64,000 bases of DNA from Lama glama (Eukaryota): assembly GCA_028534125.1 (NCBI GenBank), contig CM052816.1, forward strand, positions 62,932,001 through 62,996,000, read 5' to 3'. A program made the translations under genes and the position numbers. The notes beneath the pieces were generated by a model. That model had not been told where the DNA came from, made no database searches, and saw only the letters and a list, made by a program, of their open reading frames with translations. Each line of letters begins with the position of its first letter. Positions within the stretch are counted from its first letter, which is position 1. Of this stretch, positions 1 through 13,694 are shown piece after piece.

Positions 1-145
1 AATTAGAATATTTTAATGTTCTTTCATATTATCCAGATTATCTGTTTCCATCAGCACTAAGTCTTATGTTTATCTTGCTTAGAGCCTCTTATGTTACTAC
101 CTGCTTTCCTCAAGTGTATGGTATTCCTTAGTTCTCCATTTTCAT

Positions 146-1100
146 AAATTTATTCATTGAATAAATAATGATTGACTAGTTACCATGTGCCAATTATTGT
201 TCTAGGTACTTAAAAGACATTAATGGGAATTACAAAGAAAGAAATATCCCTTCCCTCATTCAACTTACATTTTGAAGTGGTGGGAAGAAGGTAAACAAGA
301 TCAGTAAATTAATTACATGGATGTGAAAAGATGATCAGAGCCATTGCCAAGAAAAGAAAAGAAAAGAAAAGAACAATTAGAAGAGGATAAGAGAGAGCGT
401 ATTGGGGGTAGGGTGTAGACAACTTTAGATAAGATGATCATGATAGCTATGCTAATAACATTTAAGCAAAAGAATTCAGAAGTGAAGGCCATTGAGTATC
501 TAAAGGCAATCACTGCAGACTAAAACAATAACCAATGAAAAAGCCAAAAGAAAAGAGCATTCCAAGTATGCTCAAGGAAGAGCAAGAAAGGGCCAGTGGT
601 GAATTCAGTTGGCTCAGAGTAAGCAACATGGAGAGTCATAGGTGATGAAGTCTTAAAGGTAGTAGAGGACATGGTTTTGCATTATTTAGAAATATGTAGA
701 CTATCATGATTATTATCTTTTATTTTTAGTGAAATGGGGAGTCATTGCAGAGTTTTGGGAAATGGTATGTATTACATATTTTAACAGAGCACTATGACAA
801 GACCAATTAGGTACCGGAAATGAGAGAAAAAGTGCAGTAATACAATAGTCCAAATTTGTTTGTTTTGGCTCTTTGGTTTTTGTTGGTTGGTTGATTGATT
901 GGTCTCGAGCAACTGGTAGAATGATGTTAGACGACTAGGGCAGGAGAGGTCTGAGGGAAAAATCAAGGGTTCAGTTGTGGACATGTTGATTTTGAGACGC
1001 CTGTCACGCACACTTTTTAAGCAGTTAGTTATATGAGTCTGGTGTGAAGGAGAGTTTTGTGCTGGAGATGTAAATTTGGGAGACATCAGCATGCAGAAAG
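146..1100 (-). mobile_element. L2 LINE 3' fragment (ancient)
   Basis: Begins with reversed L2 tail (ATTCATTGAATAAAT..CCATGTGCCA..TGTTCTAGGTACT). Includes L2 core motifs such as TTCAGTTGTGGACATGTTGATTTTGAG and GCTGGAGATGTAAATTTGGGAGACATCAGCAT. Confidence 0.8.
349..373 (+). repeat. (GAAAA)n microsatellite
   Basis: Four-plus direct GAAAA units. Confidence 0.9.
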
Positions 1101-2204
1101 CACGAAATCAATTAATTTGTCAAATATGTATACTGCTTCTATTCCCCTAAACAGAATCTTGAGTTACTGTTTTGCAATTTAATGATTTAAAACTTTACTA
1201 ACTGGAACAATTTGTATCACGTGTAAATTTTAAGAAATACATAAATATCATTGCAATTAGACACTTAAAATATTTTAGATAATATTTTTGTATTCTGGTA
1301 CCTAGAAATGAAATCAACTAAAGAGGAATCTGCTTCTCTTAAGCACTTATAAAGATAAAAAGAACAAACTGGCAATGATAGCCATGCAGTATTATATCTG
1401 ATTGGTGATCTCTGGATCTATAATACATTATCTGAATAAGCTTCAACTACAAAAGTGGCATGAGATCCAAAACATAGATTATAATTACTTCAAGCTCTGC
1501 ATGTTTCCTCCATAATTCTTGAGTGACTAATTATGTTCATGACTTGATGAGTGCATGAGCTGAATTCATTTTTCAAACTGCCACAGTGAATTTTTTGCAC
1601 TATACTTTTTAAATAGCAATTGCTAATTAGTGAGCACCCGTCTGTATGAAAGATGCTTTAAAACTAATTTTTAAGAATTTCTTCCTGGTCATTTTCAAGC
1701 ATTTGGTGATACGCTTGCTTAGTCTTTCTGTTGGATTTGTTTTGTTTTGCTTGCTTTTGGTAAATTATAAAAACTTCTGCTAGTGTCAACTAAGAAGTAA
1801 AGAGAAGATAAAAATGGAGGAAATTAATAAATTAATAATATTAAAAACAGAGTAACAAAAGATTAGATTTTATGCAGAGAAGTCAGAAAGAAATTGACTA
1901 TTCTATATAGATGATAATGATAATGCTAGTATCAACTCATCTTGCACAGTTCAGTGTTACTCAGACTGTGTATCTTGAACAATCCTCAGCTAAATCAACT
2001 AAAGTGCTTGTTAAAAATGTAGGTTCTCTAACTCTACTGTGTCTATTCATGACAAGCTGTGCAGTTGAGGAGAGCATCTGTGCAGCCTGAAAATCTTCAT
2101 TTTATTTATTTTTACATTTTGTAAAATGCTGTTGGAGTATTTTACAGTGTAAAAATATTTATTAATTTGTTTATCGCAATAAGTATTCACAACAGTCTGA
2201 GCAG

Positions 2205-2300
2205 CTGCTATGATCTCCCAGGTTACAGAATTAAAAAACAGGCTCAAAGAGGTTATGTAAATTTATAGCAAAGTAAAAGCTTCAACACAGATATTTCAGT
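2205..2300 (-). mobile_element. MIR SINE fragment
   Basis: Degenerate MIR core TTACAGA..AAAACAGGCTCAAAGAGGTTATGTAA. Confidence 0.45.
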
Positions 2301-2447
2301 CTCTGGTCGTGAACCAATGAGAAGAATAAAAAATAATGGTGTTTTAGTTAGATTAGTTAGATTTGATTCCTATCTCCCTCATTTATGAAGTGTGTGCCCT
2401 TGGAATGGATATTGAAAGTTTCCATACCTCAAGTTTTACTAGTTAAT

Positions 2448-2655
2448 TTCTTAGTCTGGGTTCTGGAAAAACCAACTCTGAGATGAGGATTCCTATGCAA
2501 GTGACTTATTAAGGAGTATGACACAAAATTCCAGCATTTCTGACAGTCTGTGCACAAAAGCAAAGTGGCTCCAGTAGCCTGTGGACAGACTCCAGAGAGT
2601 CGAAGGTGCATCTGGTGGATGCAAGAGAACACAGAAGCTGGGGGAATATAAGGCT
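2448..2655 (-). mobile_element. Old ERVL-class solo LTR fragment (LTR33/LTR40-like)
   Basis: TCTTAGTCTGGGTTC..CTCTGAGATGAGGATT..TGCAAGTGACTTATT resembles the reversed 3' terminus of old ERVL LTRs. Confidence 0.4.
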
Positions 2656-2699
2656 ATTTTAAAATAAACATGCTCTTAAGAAGAAAAAATTGCAGATTC

Positions 2700-2915
2700 T
2701 AGTACCAGTAAATATGGCTTCCTAGTAATTAGTCCTCAGGTAAATCACTTTACCTCATTCAACTCAGTTTTTTAATTTCTTTTTTTTTTTTTTTACTTTT
2801 TATCTTTCACTTAAAAAGTTTACAGTAACCTCTGCCCTGCATTCTTGTAATACTGTTGATTGGATCAAAGAGCATAATAAATACTGTACAATACTTTGTA
2901 AAAATACAAAGTGTC
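2700..2915 (+). mobile_element. MIR SINE fragment
   Basis: GGTAAATCACTTTACCTC..CTCAGTTT and GTTG..GGATCAAA..ATAAT..CTTTGTAAA MIR-like motifs. Confidence 0.5.
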
Positions 2916-5119
2916 ACTCCCATGAAAGATATTCTTTTATTTGAAAAGATACTCTTTTATTATTGAAGAGACATTTTGGAAAAACTCTTTCCTGAGGTTC
3001 ATACACTGACAGGCCTTTGTTCTTTCAGGAAGCAAATGAAATAAGAATCCTTGAATGAAGGTGCTCTCTGATACTAATGTATGTAGTCCTAAGTTTATTA
3101 TTGTCATCATCTTTTACTTAAGGCAATAATGTTTAAACACACTGAATATTACTAAAAGCACATTCCTTGCTAATATGAGTCAGTGTTTAGTGATTTATCA
3201 GTCAAAGTTGAATCAAAAAAATTCTGAGGGAATTCTGCTTATATCACACTATTGTTCTAGCTTTCAACTGTAAGTTTGGAAATTGCTTAGATATTTTGAA
3301 CTGTTGATTTCATAAATAGATAGGCTGGTAATGTTAAGTTTGTCTAAATGAAATTTAACATTTATAATAGCTCAAAAATAAGCCATACTCATAGATGTCA
3401 TTGGATGAAGTAATATCTTCTGATGCAACTAACTCCTGAAAAGTTCTGGTGGCAAGTTATGGCAACAAGAATTGAACACTATAGAATATATACACAGATC
3501 CTTTTAGAAATGTCATTCGGCTTAAGACATGGACATTTGTGTCCATAAATGTATTTCAAATTCATGAGCACAGAATGTAAATTTGGCAGTAGGTGGTACC
3601 ACTTGAAGCAAGGTTGCATTTTGCAATGCAACAAAATAGAGTCAACACATTGTGAAGGCTGTTTTCATTACCTAGAATCTGGTGGTCTTAATTTTTCACG
3701 TAACTGTGGGGATTTGAAGGAGAATCGCATTCACAAGTGTCTGGGGCAAAATATCTCTGAGTAGTGACATTTTTCCAACTTAATTTGAAAGGATCAAAAC
3801 CTAAATTTGGAAGTCAACTGTAATTATCATTCAGTATCATTAGTAAAAAGATCTTTATATACATTATCTCATGTTATCTCTTACCACATTTGTTGGGACT
3901 AGATGACCACTGGTCTCAAGATCATAGTTTTTAGAGTTTTATAATAAAGTTGTGTTGACTTCATTGGTCTTGTTGGAAGCTCTGCTGTGACAAAGGCCAA
4001 TTTGGAACATTCTCATGGGCATCTTTGTCAGTGGCCTTCATACTGTTAGGAAGTACTGGCTGTAGAAAAGTGTTGACTTAGGGAAGAGCCTAATTTGTTT
4101 CATAGGATTCTGGGTTTTATTTTTATTCATTTAAAATTTGAAATGAAAATTTAGCCTCAATGGGTACAGAGGAACCCAAAAATCTTAGCCATCTACTGAG
4201 TTAAAAAACTATCCTTATATCTTTCTTTTTTCTTTCCTTGCATAGAAGAAGGGCAATATGACCTGATTTATGTTTCATAAGACTCTGGTTGCTGCATAGA
4301 AAGTAAAAATTACTCAACCTTGGCACCTCTGTTTATGCTCCTGAAATTGCTTTTGATCCCAAACTTTACCTATCAAAATCCACCAAGGTTACATTCAAAT
4401 GCTATCTCCTTAATTAAGCGTTTCCCAAATTTCTTTTGGCAGTTACTTATTTTCTCATGTATTTTATTTCTGCATATTATGTAGTATTCTTAGCCTGTTT
4501 ATTGCTATTAACCTTCTTCGGGGAGAAATTTCCATATTGTATCCCTGTCCTTGGTACCTTCCACAAAAAGGATGTTTAATAAATGCTTATTGAGTAGAAT
4601 AGAATTGAAAGTATAATTGGACTGGTAATACTTTCTCAAAAAGCTTTGTGAGTTCTTACATCTAATATTTAAGTGAGATTCTAAAGTCATTTCATATGCT
4701 AGAACTAAAAAACACCTTTGTTCAGGACATCAAATATATTTTTATTTATATTTATATTTATATTTACATTTACATATTTACTATCCTTGTAGGGGGACCT
4801 GCTGACTTTGCCCAAAATACAAAAAGCTCCTAAAGGAACCAAAGAACCCTTACATTTTAAGTAAAGCCTTTCTCTTCAGAATTTCTACTATTCTTGAGAT
4901 TTCTTTCCAGTGATTCCAGGAGTAGGAAGACATTTATGTTTTGTTTTTCTTATGAGATCAACACTTTCTGTGCACTTAAAGGAAGATTTCAGGATACCCA
5001 TCTTCTTTCACAATAAGCAACTTAAGATTTTTCCAGTGCAATCTACCTTCTCTCAAATCTGCTTACGTCGGTGTGACTCTCTCTTCCTGGAATACCACCA
5101 TCCACACAGCCCTCCCGTT

Positions 5120-5405
5120 TTGTAGATGACACTTATTAGTTTTACATGATTTAGCTCATGTACCACCTCATCACCTGAAAAGCTTCCCTTCCTCACCCAT
5201 CCCAGTGCAGACTAGATACAATTCTTATTGCACCTAACACATTACCCCTAATCCAATGCCATCATGTTGTAATCATCGAGGTACTTGATCTTATTTCTAG
5301 ACTATAAGCACCTTGAGAGAAATAATCATTATATGTATTGCTAGCACATAGCAAAATGCCTAAAACTTCGTAGGCATTTAACAAACAATCTTATAAATAA
5401 ATACT
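5120..5405 (+). mobile_element. L2 3' end fragment
   Basis: CTAGACTATAAGCACCTTGAG..CTAGCACATAG..TAGGCATTTAACAAA..TAAATAA matches the L2 terminal pattern. Confidence 0.55.
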
Positions 5406-8099
5406 ATTTAAGTAAGCATACTTTTGTGTGAAAGAAAGAGGGTCACAAATAACCCCTTTCTGTTACTCCTGAGATTTTCTAAGGAAAACTCTATCACATT
5501 AACTGTATCAGCTGGATATCACACTTAAGACTTCTGATTATGCATATAAACACTCTATATGTATTCAAGTCAGGAAAAAGCAACATGTGATTCAAATGTC
5601 CAATGCCACCTGCCTCAGCAGATGGTAGATTTTGTTGTGCCCACTATACTACATTTTGACAGGTTTACTAAATCATACAATTAATTTTGTACCCAAATGA
5701 TGCACTCATAATGTGATATTTTGATAGGGTGGTACAAACTGAGAATTTAATATTATTCATTAGTGTGGTCTGACTTATCTGACTAAAAAATTGCCTTTCA
5801 TAAGCAGACGTAGTTGTTATTTCAAATGACAGATTACTGTTAACACATTTACCCTACATGGACAAAATTTAGGAATTGTTCACATAAATACAGGCTCTAA
5901 AATAAATTTTTTGACCCACTTGATTCTTTCATGTAAATAACTAATGTAGTCAATGCAAATCCACTCCAGTTACCACAGGCACCCAACCTGCCTCTCTATG
6001 GGAAGTGGTCAAAAGCACTGAACAAGGATCCATATTAATGTTCAGGACCACTACTGAGAATTTCGATTTGTAGCAGAGTCCTTTACAAAATGACTTCAGC
6101 TGCTCCTCCTTGTTTTTCAAAACTTGTGCACTTATGTCTCAGATCTGTGTTGGTTATCGCTGACATTGGAGCTCTCTAGATACCATTATTTTAATGTGGA
6201 CTCTGGATATAAGGAAAGGTTGAACTGAAGCCTCCTGTGTGTTGCCATTATTGTATCATCAAGGATATTGTCAGGATGGAAGAATAGCACCAGTTACGAA
6301 GAGCATTCTCATTACTGAAGATGATTGACTTATAAGACTTCAATGGTAGGGAGAAGTTAAAGTTAGAATAGAACTCCTTTGATATGAGTCTGAAAAAAAT
6401 AATACCATGTTTGTGATACCAGTGGCACACTTTTAATATATGACAGTAATATGCGACTGAAAACTGGGATGACCAAATTGGAATGTCTCTAGGCAAAAAG
6501 GAAATTGCTAAACATAGTGTAACAAGATGCCTGCCAATCCAACCACTCAAGTGACTCCTGATGGCTGACCATATTGTGTTTTCTAATTTCAGTTAATTCC
6601 CTGGATTGTAGCTTTTGCAGTTTCCTTGATATGTCCATGGTAACCTGAAATTATGCCTTTTGTGATACATTCTGCTATTAATTTCTCTTATACCCTCTTA
6701 AACCTGTTTCTTTGTCTATTCTTGCCCAGCTTTAACAGGATGGTGGGTGGACCTCCTTGATTCAGAATGTGATCTATTCACTTGAAACTTCCATTAATGC
6801 TTAGAAAATTTTCCAATGTGTGAATATTAGCTAGAAGTGAAGATATTTTAGGTCAATTATTGTATGATTGACAGATCACCAAACCAAAAATAACTTTTGT
6901 GTGAATAGCAGATCATGAAAAAAGGCAACCACATGAAGATATCTTAAGCAATGTGATATATCTTCTTCAAAGTAAAAAATAATATCATTAATTTGGCGTA
7001 AGAAACCAGAGCAAGGACTCATGAAGGATTTTCAAAGGATATGTAATAAGATAATAAGTAAGATAGCTTATTTTAATTAATTCCAGCAGTTTTCAGAATA
7101 ATTTTGGATAATTTGAAACTGTAAATCCAAAGAGTCTAGTTCATACCTGAACAAAAATCTCTTTTTTCTGGTGATTAAGTACATATGGAAAGGTACATGA
7201 TCTGGGCTCTAATATACTACTCTTTAATAAACAGTAAAGTAATTTGGTTCCCTTATTATAATGTAATATTCAGAAACATGAAATAAATAGGAATGCTTCT
7301 GTGAAGTTCATCAGTTTTATTCAGAAGTCCAATGCACCAAACCGAGGAGGCCTAGACAGAGCAGTACACCTGGGGCCCAAGAAAATGGAATTTCAAGCAC
7401 ACAACCAGAAACTAAAATACTAAAATAAGAAATAGTTTTTTTTTTTTTTCGTGAATAAAAGCCTCAACTGAATACATGCTGGATTATTGCTAAATAATCA
7501 CCAGGCTATTCTGGGAGAGACCTCCCATTAAATAATGAATAAATTTGAAGCAAATCCATCCCTTTGCCAGCAGATCTCTCATTAGTCTCCTGAAGAAAAT
7601 GGCTATAAAGACAGAAATCTGAAAATACAAGACAGAGACCTGTAGTTGCCTACATCAAGCCCACAGCTATATTAAATGCAGTCACACAGGAAGGTGTGCT
7701 CACCACCGTAGGGGCAGAGTGTGACTTGAAGGCACTGTTGTTCACATTTCTAAGGTGCTTATTATGGTGACAAAGAGGGAATTATGCAGAAGACGATTAA
7801 AATACATCTTATATTTTTATTACAAATATGAAAAAGAAATAACATTTGAGCAAGTATTCAAAAAGTTGCTGCTGCCAGAGCCAGGAGTTCCAGAAAGCTA
7901 CACAGTGAGCAATAAAACAGCAAATCATATCAGTGAAGGATATAAATTACACCATTGACCATGTGACCAGAAAGTAAAGAACTCAAGTGCAGTGACTGAA
8001 ACTGATGTATATGGAAACCAACTGAAGATGACCTTATTGTTGTGTTTTAAAGAGGCTTTAGGCATTATTCAAGGTGATACCTAGAGTCAGGCAGACATT

Positions 8100-8332
8100 T
8101 AATAATTACAGCTAACAGTTACTGATCCCTTACCGCATGAAAAACATTTGTTTTATATTTATCTAATCCTTATCTAATCATTACAACAACCTTGTGACAA
8201 AGGTACTATTATTATCCACATTTTACAGATGAGAAAACTGATGCTCAAGAGGTTGAATAAACTGCTCAGTCACACATTTAGTAGTAAATAGTAAAGCCAA
8301 ATTTCTAAGATGCATGGCTTCTGATCTTAATT
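8100..8332 (-). mobile_element. MIR SINE
   Basis: ACAACAACCTTGTGA..GGTACTATTATTATCCACATTTTACAGATGAGAAAACTGATGCTCA is the canonical reversed MIR core. Confidence 0.8.
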
Positions 8333-8504
8333 AATTCTGTGATCCAGGAAGTGACCATGAATCAGGGGAGAGGGAATTTGAATGTGGAGGACTCATTTTG
8401 CTGTGATTGGGCCATGAAACACAATGAGATACAGACAGATTTAAAAGGAATTTGAAGGAATTGTGAGATCTTCTCTAAACTCCTTTAATACTTAATGCCT
8501 CTAT

Positions 8505-8680
8505 CAGTGGCTTTTAAAATTTTTAAATGTATCTTATATGGAACCTTACTGTATAAAACAAATAGAAATGAATACAAACATAAACAGACTACCCCAATAT
8601 CTGTCCCCTGGGCCCCTTGTACCTTCAGAAATAACTCAGAAGAACCCTAGAATTCTGCATAACATGAATTGAAACTCTGG
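8505..8680. mobile_element. hAT-Charlie-type MITE remnant
   Basis: Degenerate TIR-like ends CAGTGGCTTTTAAA ... TTGAAACTCTG, with internal CCCTAG..TTCTGC. Confidence 0.4.
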
Positions 8681-8784
8681 CAATCAGACCCTCAGACTTA
8701 GGAGAGATCTTCAAAGAAACCGCACTGTGGTTTGCTCATCAAGTTTGCCTCACACGTCCTAGGTGCTTAGTATTTATTAAGTGA

Positions 8785-8990
8785 AACAGTGTGAAGGACT
8801 TATGTTTGGAATAAGCCCAAATACCAGCAACTACCTAATTGCAAAGCTGGGGAAGTGGCCCTCAATTTCCACATGGATAAATTGGGATGATAATCATACC
8901 TAACTTGCAGGGTCACTGTAAGGACTAGAAATGGTGCACATAAGAGCCCAGCAGAAAGGAGATGTCGATACTTTCAATATCATTACTATT
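8785..8990 (+). mobile_element. MIR SINE fragment
   Basis: CCTCAATTTCC..TAAATTGGGATGATAATCATACCTAACTTGCAGGGT..GTAAGGA. Confidence 0.55.
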
Positions 8991-9601
8991 GGAATTTATT
9001 TCATAAAGATACAATGTACTGAGGCCAAAATGCACCATACATTTTGTTCAGTTTTCTCTGATGAATGACCAAGTGCTATTTTTCTTTTTCTGTGTTCTAT
9101 GGCTTTTAAGATGAATGTAAGAATTCAATTGGATTTCTGTAGGCGGGCATGGATGAAAAGACAGAGCCAAATGTATTAAAGTAGAATCAATTTGACATGG
9201 GTTATCTCCTTTTGAGTTAAGAATAAATTTTTTATCATTCTGCTCAGGGATATAATCAGTTAGGGAACACTCTGATAACTCTGGTTGAAAAAAAAATCAG
9301 GGTTACTTAGCAGAAAAATGAAATGCCACACCTGATAGGAAAGGATATCAGTTTTCTGGAATAGTGACAGAGGTTGCTGCCTGAGCCTGTCCACCACGGG
9401 GATCACACTGTGCCAGGGCATAAGCAGCAAATGGGGAGGATGGGCCAGCAGTAATCTTTTTAGGAAGAATTGGAGAATCTCCCAGGGGAGGAGTCATCCT
9501 CAGAAAAGAGGCAGTCAGGCACACAAGTTCGGCCTGGTAAGAGTTAGTCATCACAGGGAAAGGAAATCATGAGTACAGTACGGTGTTCTTTCCAAAGATT
9601 T

Positions 9602-10812
9602 GTCTTTTATAGAAGTATAGTTCATTTACAGTTTTGTGTTAGCTTCAAGTACACAGCTACTTGAAATGATTCAGTTTTTTTTCAGATTATATTCCATTAT
9701 AGATTATTGCAATATATTGAATATAATTCCCCGTGCTATACAGTAAATCCTTGTTGCTTATCATCTATTTTATGTATAGTAGTTAGTATCTTAATCCTGT
9801 ACTTATAAATTGTCCCTCCCGTCCTCTCCCATTTGGCTTGTTTTCTACGTTTAAGAGTCTGTTTCTGTTTTGTATATTGATGAATTTGTATTATTTTTAG
9901 GTTCCACATATAAGTGATATCATACAGTACTTGTCTTTCTCTGTCTAACTTCCTTCACTAAGTATAATATTCTCTAGGTCCATCCATGTTGTTGCAAATG
10001 GCACTATTTCATTATTTTTTATGGTACATATATATACCGCCTCTTCTTGAGCCAGTCATCTGCTGTTGGGCACTGGTTGTTTCCTTGTCTTGGCCATTGT
10101 AAACAGTGCTGCTGTGAACACTGATTTGCATGTATCTTTTCAAATTAGAATTTCCATCTTTTAAGATGTATACCCAGGAGTGGGATTACTGGGTCATATG
10201 GCAATTCTATTTTTAGCTTTTTAAGGAATCTCCATACTGTTTTCCATAATGGCTGCACCAATTTACATTCCCATCAGCAGTGTAAGAGGGTTCCCTTTTC
10301 TCCACACCCTCTCCAGCATTTATTATTTGTCAACTTTTTGATGCTGGCCATTCTGACTAGTGTGAGATGATACTTCATTGTAGTTTTGATTTGTATTTCT
10401 CTAATCATTAAGGATGTTAAGCATCTTTTCATGTGCCTGATGGTCATCTGTATGTCGTCTTTGGAGAAATGTCTATTTAGGTCTTCTGTCCAGTTTTTGA
10501 TTGGGTTGTTACGAGCTGTTTGTATATTTTAGGTATTAACACTTTGTCAGTCGCATTGTTTACAAATATTTTCTCCCTTTCTTTTTTGTTTTGTTGATAG
10601 TTTCCTTTGCTGTGCAAAAGCTTGTAAGTTTGATTAGGTCCCATTTGTTTATTTTAGCTTTAATTTCTTCTGCCTGCAGAGAATGATCTAAGAAAATATT
10701 GCTACAGTTTATGTCTGAGAATATTTTGCCTATGTTCTCTTCTAGCTTTATGGTCTAATGTCTTACATTTAAACCATTTTGAGTTTATTTTCGTATATGG
10801 TGTGAGGGAGTG
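9602..10812 (-). mobile_element. LINE-1 3' portion (ORF2 C-terminus + 3'UTR), cetartiodactyl type, 5'-truncated
   Basis: Reversed L1 hallmarks: GGTTCCACATATAAGTGATATCATA, TGGCTGCACCAATTTACATTCCCA, TTCTCCACACCCTCTCCAGCATTT, CCTTTGCTGTGCAAAAGCTT. Confidence 0.92.
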
Positions 10813-10844
10813 TCTGCTCCTTCATTTTCCAGAAAGATGAACAC

Positions 10845-11158
10845 GGTGGAGGTGAAAATGTGCCTCTCAGTTCTCCCAATGCAGGGAGTATGATTAATTG
10901 GCATCTACTGATTCTCTCTGAAATCCATCAATAAGTTGGTGCCAGGGCCATGCTTCTGATGAGCTGATAACTGAGCCTAGCAGGGATATCGAGGCAGGCC
11001 CCTTTCTGAGAAATACAGGTCGATGCTAATGGATGCCTTGGCTTGAAGGCTTCTCATCAAAATTATTTTAAAACTCTGCTCTAGTCTTCAGGCCTTTCCT
11101 GTCCCACCTTCCTTCCTCCTCCCTCATAAGAATAAATGTGCTTCATGGTATGAGGGCC
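10845..11158 (+). mobile_element. LTR16-like ERVL solo LTR, 5' part (split by L1)
   Basis: GTGCCTCTCAG..TGCAGGGAGT..GGCCATGCTT..TAACTGAGC..GGCAGGCCCCTTTCTG..CTTCCTTCCTCC resembles LTR16. Confidence 0.6.
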
Positions 11159-11444
11159 TTTTATTTCATTTTTTTCCAGTTTTATAGTGATTAATTTACA
11201 TGTATCACTGTAAAAGTTTAAGGTGAACAGCGTAATGGTTTGACTTACATATACTGTAAAGTAATTACTGCAGTAAACTTAGTTAGCATCCATTATCTCA
11301 TATAGACACAAGAAAAGAGAAAAGGAAAAAAATTCCTTGTGATGAGGATTCTTAGGATTTTCTCCTTTAACTACTTTCACACATATCGTACAGCAGTGTT
11401 AACTGTAGTCATCATGCTGTATGTGGCATCCCTAGAACTTATTT

Positions 11445-11461
11445 TTTGTTTCATCCATATA

Positions 11462-11500
<39 letters not shown>

Positions 11501-12049
11501 AGTCAGTTTACAGTATTGTGTCAGTTTCTAGGGTACAGCATAATGCTTTAGTCATATGTGAACATATGCATTTGTTTTCATATTCTTTTTCACCATAAGT
11601 TACTACAGATACCGATTATAATTCCCTGTGCTATACAGCATGAACTTGTTGTTTCTCTATTCTATATGTATCAGTTAGTATCTGCAAATCTGACTCCCAA
11701 TTTATCCCCTCCCCCCACCACCCCAGTATCCACAAGTTTGCTCTCTATGTCTGAGAGTCTGTTTCTGCTTTGCAAATAAGTTTGTCTTTTTTTTTTTGAT
11801 TCCACATATAAGTGATATCATATGGTGTTTTTTTTCTTTTTCTAGCTTATTTCACTTAGAATGACAATCTCCAGGTCCATCCATGTTGCTGCAAATGGCA
11901 TTATTCTATTCTTTTTTATGGCTAAGTAGTATTTCATTGTATAAATATACCACAGCTTCTTTATCCATTTATCTCTTGATGGACATTTAGGTTTGTTTCC
12001 ATGTCTTGCCTATTGTAAATAGTGCTGCTATGAACGTTGGGGTGCATGT
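11445..12049 (-). mobile_element. Younger L1 3' end nested in the older L1
   Basis: Second L1 3'UTR with an (AT)n-degraded tail, flanked by a 17-bp TSD: ATCCCTAGAACTTATTT (11428-11444) and ATCCCTAATACTTATTT (12050-12066). Confidence 0.85.
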
Positions 12050-12410
12050 ATCCCTAATACTTATTTATCTTGTAATTGGTAGTTTGACCACCTTTCTTCA
12101 CTTCCTCCTTTCCCCAACTCCTGGCCATAAATCTGATTAGTTTTTTTTTTTTAAAGAAATACCATACATAAGTGAGATACTAGAGTCTTTGTCTTTCACT
12201 GTTTTATTTCACTGTCTGACTTAGCATAATGTTCTCAAGGTCCAATCATATGTTTGCAAATGGCAGGATTTCCTTGCTTTTTTATGGTCAAATAATACCC
12301 TATTGTGTGTATATGTATGCATGTGTGTATACACAAACACACACACACACACACCCTCTTTATCCATTCATCCATCAGTGGATGCTTAGGTTGTATCCAG
12401 GTCTTGACTG

Positions 12411-12910
12411 NNNNNNNNNNNNNNNNNNNNNNNNNNNNNNNNNNNNNNNNNNNNNNNNNNNNNNNNNNNNNNNNNNNNNNNNNNNNNNNNNNNNNNNNNN
12501 NNNNNNNNNNNNNNNNNNNNNNNNNNNNNNNNNNNNNNNNNNNNNNNNNNNNNNNNNNNNNNNNNNNNNNNNNNNNNNNNNNNNNNNNNNNNNNNNNNNN
12601 NNNNNNNNNNNNNNNNNNNNNNNNNNNNNNNNNNNNNNNNNNNNNNNNNNNNNNNNNNNNNNNNNNNNNNNNNNNNNNNNNNNNNNNNNNNNNNNNNNNN
12701 NNNNNNNNNNNNNNNNNNNNNNNNNNNNNNNNNNNNNNNNNNNNNNNNNNNNNNNNNNNNNNNNNNNNNNNNNNNNNNNNNNNNNNNNNNNNNNNNNNNN
12801 NNNNNNNNNNNNNNNNNNNNNNNNNNNNNNNNNNNNNNNNNNNNNNNNNNNNNNNNNNNNNNNNNNNNNNNNNNNNNNNNNNNNNNNNNNNNNNNNNNNN
12901 NNNNNNNNNN
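12411..12910. other. Assembly gap (500 N)
   Basis: Run of N. Confidence 1.
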
Positions 12911-13254
12911 GGAGAAATCAGAGTGGAGGCTCCAACAGCAATCCACAATGATGTAAGAGTGTGACGTCACCTCTGGGATCTCCTCCTCACTAGAGGAACC
13001 ATGGATTCAGGGGAGATCTCTTGGTGTGGTGCTGTGCAGGCCTGAGAGGGGGCAGTGTCATCATGGTGTAGGTGTTCCCCTTACCCTCTTAATGCAGTCT
13101 GTCCCAGTGCCTATGGTGAAGAGAGCTGCTTCAAATCCAAGTTCTAGGATGGTTTAAATGGCGTCTTGTCCAGGCATAGTTGTTAGCTGCTCTTACAAGG
13201 AAGAGCAAAGTCAGGAATGACTGATGTTGCCATCTTTGTGATATTATTTTTCAT

Positions 13255-13355
13255 AGCTTTTCCAATTTCTGGATCCCTCGCCTTTTCTAACTCATAATCA
13301 TTTCCTCAATAATGCTCTATCCCATCTTGGGGTCTGTTGCTCAGAGAATCCAGGA
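13255..13355 (+). mobile_element. LTR16-like solo LTR, 3' part
   Basis: CCTCAATAA..ATCCCATCTTGGGGTCTG..CTCAGAGAATCC matches the LTR16 3' end and continues 10845-11158. Confidence 0.5.
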
Positions 13356-13694
13356 AAAAAATCTTGTCTTCTAGAGTGGCTTGTGCACTGTCTTGTACTT
13401 GGATATTTCTTATGCATTTTTCCCCATAAATGAGCAATTAACAAAATGATATATACAAAGCAGAGCAAGATACGAAAATGTAAAGGCTTCAATGTTACCT
13501 GTCTTGTTCTGAATACATGTGGTATATCTTATGATAATTATTATTAAGCTTTTTAATAGCTAAGTTTTATACCAAATTAAATTTAACTAGTAGAGGAAAT
13601 GGCTTTATCCTGGAAATTCTCTTCCCTATGTAATCTTATCAGAGAGTCTCATTTTCCATATAGTTTTAAAATAAGAAGGGAAGAAATTCACCAC

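Larger units (their letters stand above)
11159..13245 (-). mobile_element. Older L1 (L1MA9-age, laurasiatherian type) with both 3' end and 5'UTR visible, spanning the gap
   Basis: Poly-T at 11159. The 3'UTR is the reverse complement of the 29023-29383 3'UTR type. 12911-13245 is the reverse-complement homologue of the L1 5' end at ~37895-38250 (CAAAGATGGCAACA..TTCCTGA..CTAACAACTAT). Confidence 0.75.

Noticed and set aside
3613..3632. Palindrome GTTGCATT-TTGC-AATGCAAC and a nearby CTCF-like GGCAGTAGGTGGTAC
   Set aside because: An 8-bp stem and an imperfect motif are chance-level without functional data.
9330..9590. GC-richer segment as an exon or ERV gag remnant (ORF 9348-9554)
   Set aside because: I could not assign it to a family or protein with any confidence.
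12229..12970. Four ORFs of 194-240 aa
   Set aside because: Artefacts of reading through the 500-N gap.
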